Below are positions 61,339 to 64,000 of a stretch of DNA of 64,000 bases, piece by piece. The translations under genes and the position numbers were made by a program. The stretch spans positions 62,001 through 126,000 of the forward strand of contig NW_026782425.1 of NCBI RefSeq assembly GCF_031769215.1. Reading direction: 5' to 3'. How positions within the stretch are numbered: the stretch's first letter is position 1; each line of letters opens with the position of its first letter. The DNA is from Ylistrum balloti. Lineage: Eukaryota. The notes under the pieces were generated by a model. It did no database searches. It saw only the letters and a program-made list of their open reading frames with translations, and was not told the DNA's origin.

Positions 61339-64000
61339 ATAACGTCTTACCGTCTGTACCATACATACTGAGGTAGGACTAACACGGGAGTAACGTCTTA
61401 CCGTCCGTACCATACATATTGATGTAGGACTGACATAGGAGTAACGTCTTACCGTCCGTATTTTAGACACTGATGTAGGAATGACACGGGAGTAACGTCT
61501 TACCGTCTGTGCTATAGACACTGATGTAGGACTAACATGGGAGTAACGTCTTACCGTCCGTACCATACATACTGATGTAGGACTGACATGGGAGTAACGT
61601 CTTACCGTCTGTACTATAGACACTGATGAAGGACTAACACGGGAGTAACGTCTTACCGTCCGTATTATACATACTGATGTAGGACTGACACGGGAGTAAC
61701 AGCTTACCGTCTGTACTATAGACACTGATGAAGGACTAACACGGGAGTAACGTCTTACCGTCCGTATTATACATACTGATGTAGGACTGACACGGGAGTA
61801 ACGTCTTACCATCTGTACTATAGACACTGATGTAGGACTAACACGGGAGTAACAGCTTACCGTCTGTACTGTAGACAATGATGTAGGACTAACACGGGAG
61901 TAACGTCTTACCGTCTGTGCTGTAGACAATGATGTAGGACTAACACGGGAGTAACAGCTTACCGTCTGTGCTGTAGACACTGATGTAGGACTAACACGGG
62001 AGTAACGTCTTACCGTCTGTGCTGTAGACACTGATGTAGGACTAACACGGGAGTAACGTCTTACCGTCTGTGCTGTAGACAATGATGTAGGACTAACACG
62101 ACAATAACATCTTACCGTCTGTGCTGTAGACACTGATGTAGGACTAACACGGGAGTAACAGCTTACCGTCTGTACTATAGACACTGATATAGGACTAACA
62201 CGGGAGTAACGTCTTACCGTCTGTGCTGTAGACACTGATGTAGGACTGACATAGGAGTAACGTCTTACCGTCTGTGCTGTAGACACTGATGTAGGATTAA
62301 CACGGGAGTAACGTCTTACCGTCTGTACTATAGACACTGATGTAGGACTGACACGGGAGTAACGTCTTACCGTCTGTACTATAGACACTGATGTAGGACT
62401 AACACGGGAGTAACAGCTTACCGTCTGTACTATAGACACTGATGAAGGACTAACACGGGAGTAACGTCTTACCGTCCGTATTATACATACTGATGTAGGA
62501 CTGACACGGGAGTAACGTCTTACCATCTGTACTATAGACACTGATGTAGGACTAACACGGGAGTAACAGCTTACCGTCTGTACTGTAGACAATGATGTAG
62601 GACTAACACGGGAGTAACGTCTTACCGTCTGTGCTGTAGACACTGATGTAGGACTAACACGGGAGTAACAGCTTACCGTCTGTGCTGTAGACACTGATGT
62701 AGGACTAACACGGGAGTAACGTCTTACCGTCTGTGCTGTAGACACTGATGTAGGACTAACACGGGAGTAACGTCTTACCGTCTGTGCTGTAGACAATGAA
62801 GTAGGACTAACACGACAATAACATCTTACCGTCTGTGCTGTAGACACTGATGTAGGACTAACATGGGAGTAACAGCTTACCGTCTGTACTATAGACACTG
62901 ATATAGGACTAACACGGGAGTAACGTCTTACCGTCTGTGCTGTAGACACTGATGTAGGACTAACACGGGAGTAACGTCTTACCGTCTGTGCTGTAGACAC
63001 TGATGTAGGATTAACACGGGAGTAACGTCTTACCGTCTGTACTATAGACACTGATGTAGGACTAACACGGGAGTAACGTCTTACCGTCTGTACTATAGAC
63101 ACTGATGTAGGACTAACACGGGAGTAACGTCTTACCGTCTGTACTATAGACACTGATGTAGGACTGACACGGGAGTAACGTCTTAACGTCTGTACTATAG
63201 ACACTGATGTAGGACTAACACGACAGTAACATCTTACCGTCTATACTATAGACACTGATGTAGGACTAACACGACAGTAACATCTTACCGTCTGTACTAT
63301 AGACACTGATGTAGGACTAACACGACAGTAACATCTTACCGTCTGTGCTATAGACAATGATGTAGGACTAACACGGGAGTAACGTCTTACCGTCTGTACT
63401 ATAGACACTGATGTAGGACTAACACGACAGTAACATCTTACCGTCTGTGCTATAGACACTGATGTAGGACTAACACGACAGTAACATCTTACCGTCTGTA
63501 CTATAGACACAGATGTAGGACTAACACGAGAGTAACGTCTTAACGTCTGTACTATAGACACTGATGTAGGACTAACACGGGAGTAACGTCTTACCGTCTG
63601 TACTATAGACACTGATGTAGGACTAACACGGGAGTAACGTCTTACCGTCTGTGCTGTAGACACTGATGTAGGACTAACACGACAGTAACATCTTACCGTC
63701 TGTACTATAGACACTGATGTAGGACTAACACGGGAGTAACGTCTTACCGTCTGTACTATAGACACAGATGTAGGACTAACACGACAGTAACATCTTACCG
63801 TCTGTGCTGTACACACTGATGTAGGACTGACATAGGAGTAACATCTTACCGTCTGTGCTGTAGACACTGATGTAGGACTGACATAGGAGTAACGTCTTAC
63901 CGTCTGTACTATAGACACTGATGTAGGACTAACACGGGAGTAACGTCTTACCGTCTGTGCTGTAGACACTGATGTAGGACTAACACGACAGTAACATCTT
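61339..64000. repeat. Satellite, 51 bp unit, more than 50 copies, running off the window end
   Basis: Unit GTAACGTCTTACCGTCTGTACTATAGACACTGATGTAGGACTAACACGGGA; source of the 640 aa and 242 aa repetitive ORFs. Confidence 0.98.

Noticed and set aside
61623-61650. CTGATGA or CTGATGT in the 51-bp satellite and CTGAAGA in the 36-bp array as ribozyme cores
   Set aside because: Neither is followed by a stem II closed by GAAA.
61282-63969. 640 aa and 242 aa ORFs of 17-aa Ser/Thr/Val/Arg repeats
   Set aside because: By-product of a 51-bp (3n) satellite with no non-repetitive domain.

Overview
AT-rich animal genomic DNA, probably a bivalve mollusc (inferred from repeat families and protein style, not proven). 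The left quarter holds three intact multi-exon housekeeping genes: EMC3 (-, 7 exons), UXT (+, 5 exons, head-to-head with EMC3, ATGs 226 bp apart) and a FAM185A-like gene (-, 7 exons). From 28.3 to 59.6 kb there is a same-strand tandem array of caveolin genes: six intact two-exon paralogs (called CavA-F here), one full-length pseudogene and one decayed remnant. These caveolins are unusually Cys-rich (14-17 Cys in 131-144 aa, 11 Cys invariant) and show exon-restricted, patchwork gene conversion. The rest is ten unrelated minisatellite arrays (about one fifth of the window), decayed Penelope-like and RTE retroelement fragments, a SINE head, a MITE and three relic copies of a repeat whose consensus looks like a minimal hammerhead ribozyme. 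There is also a 236-nt assembly gap. All alignments and counts were done by eye, and homology calls rest on recalled reference sequences; no searches were run.
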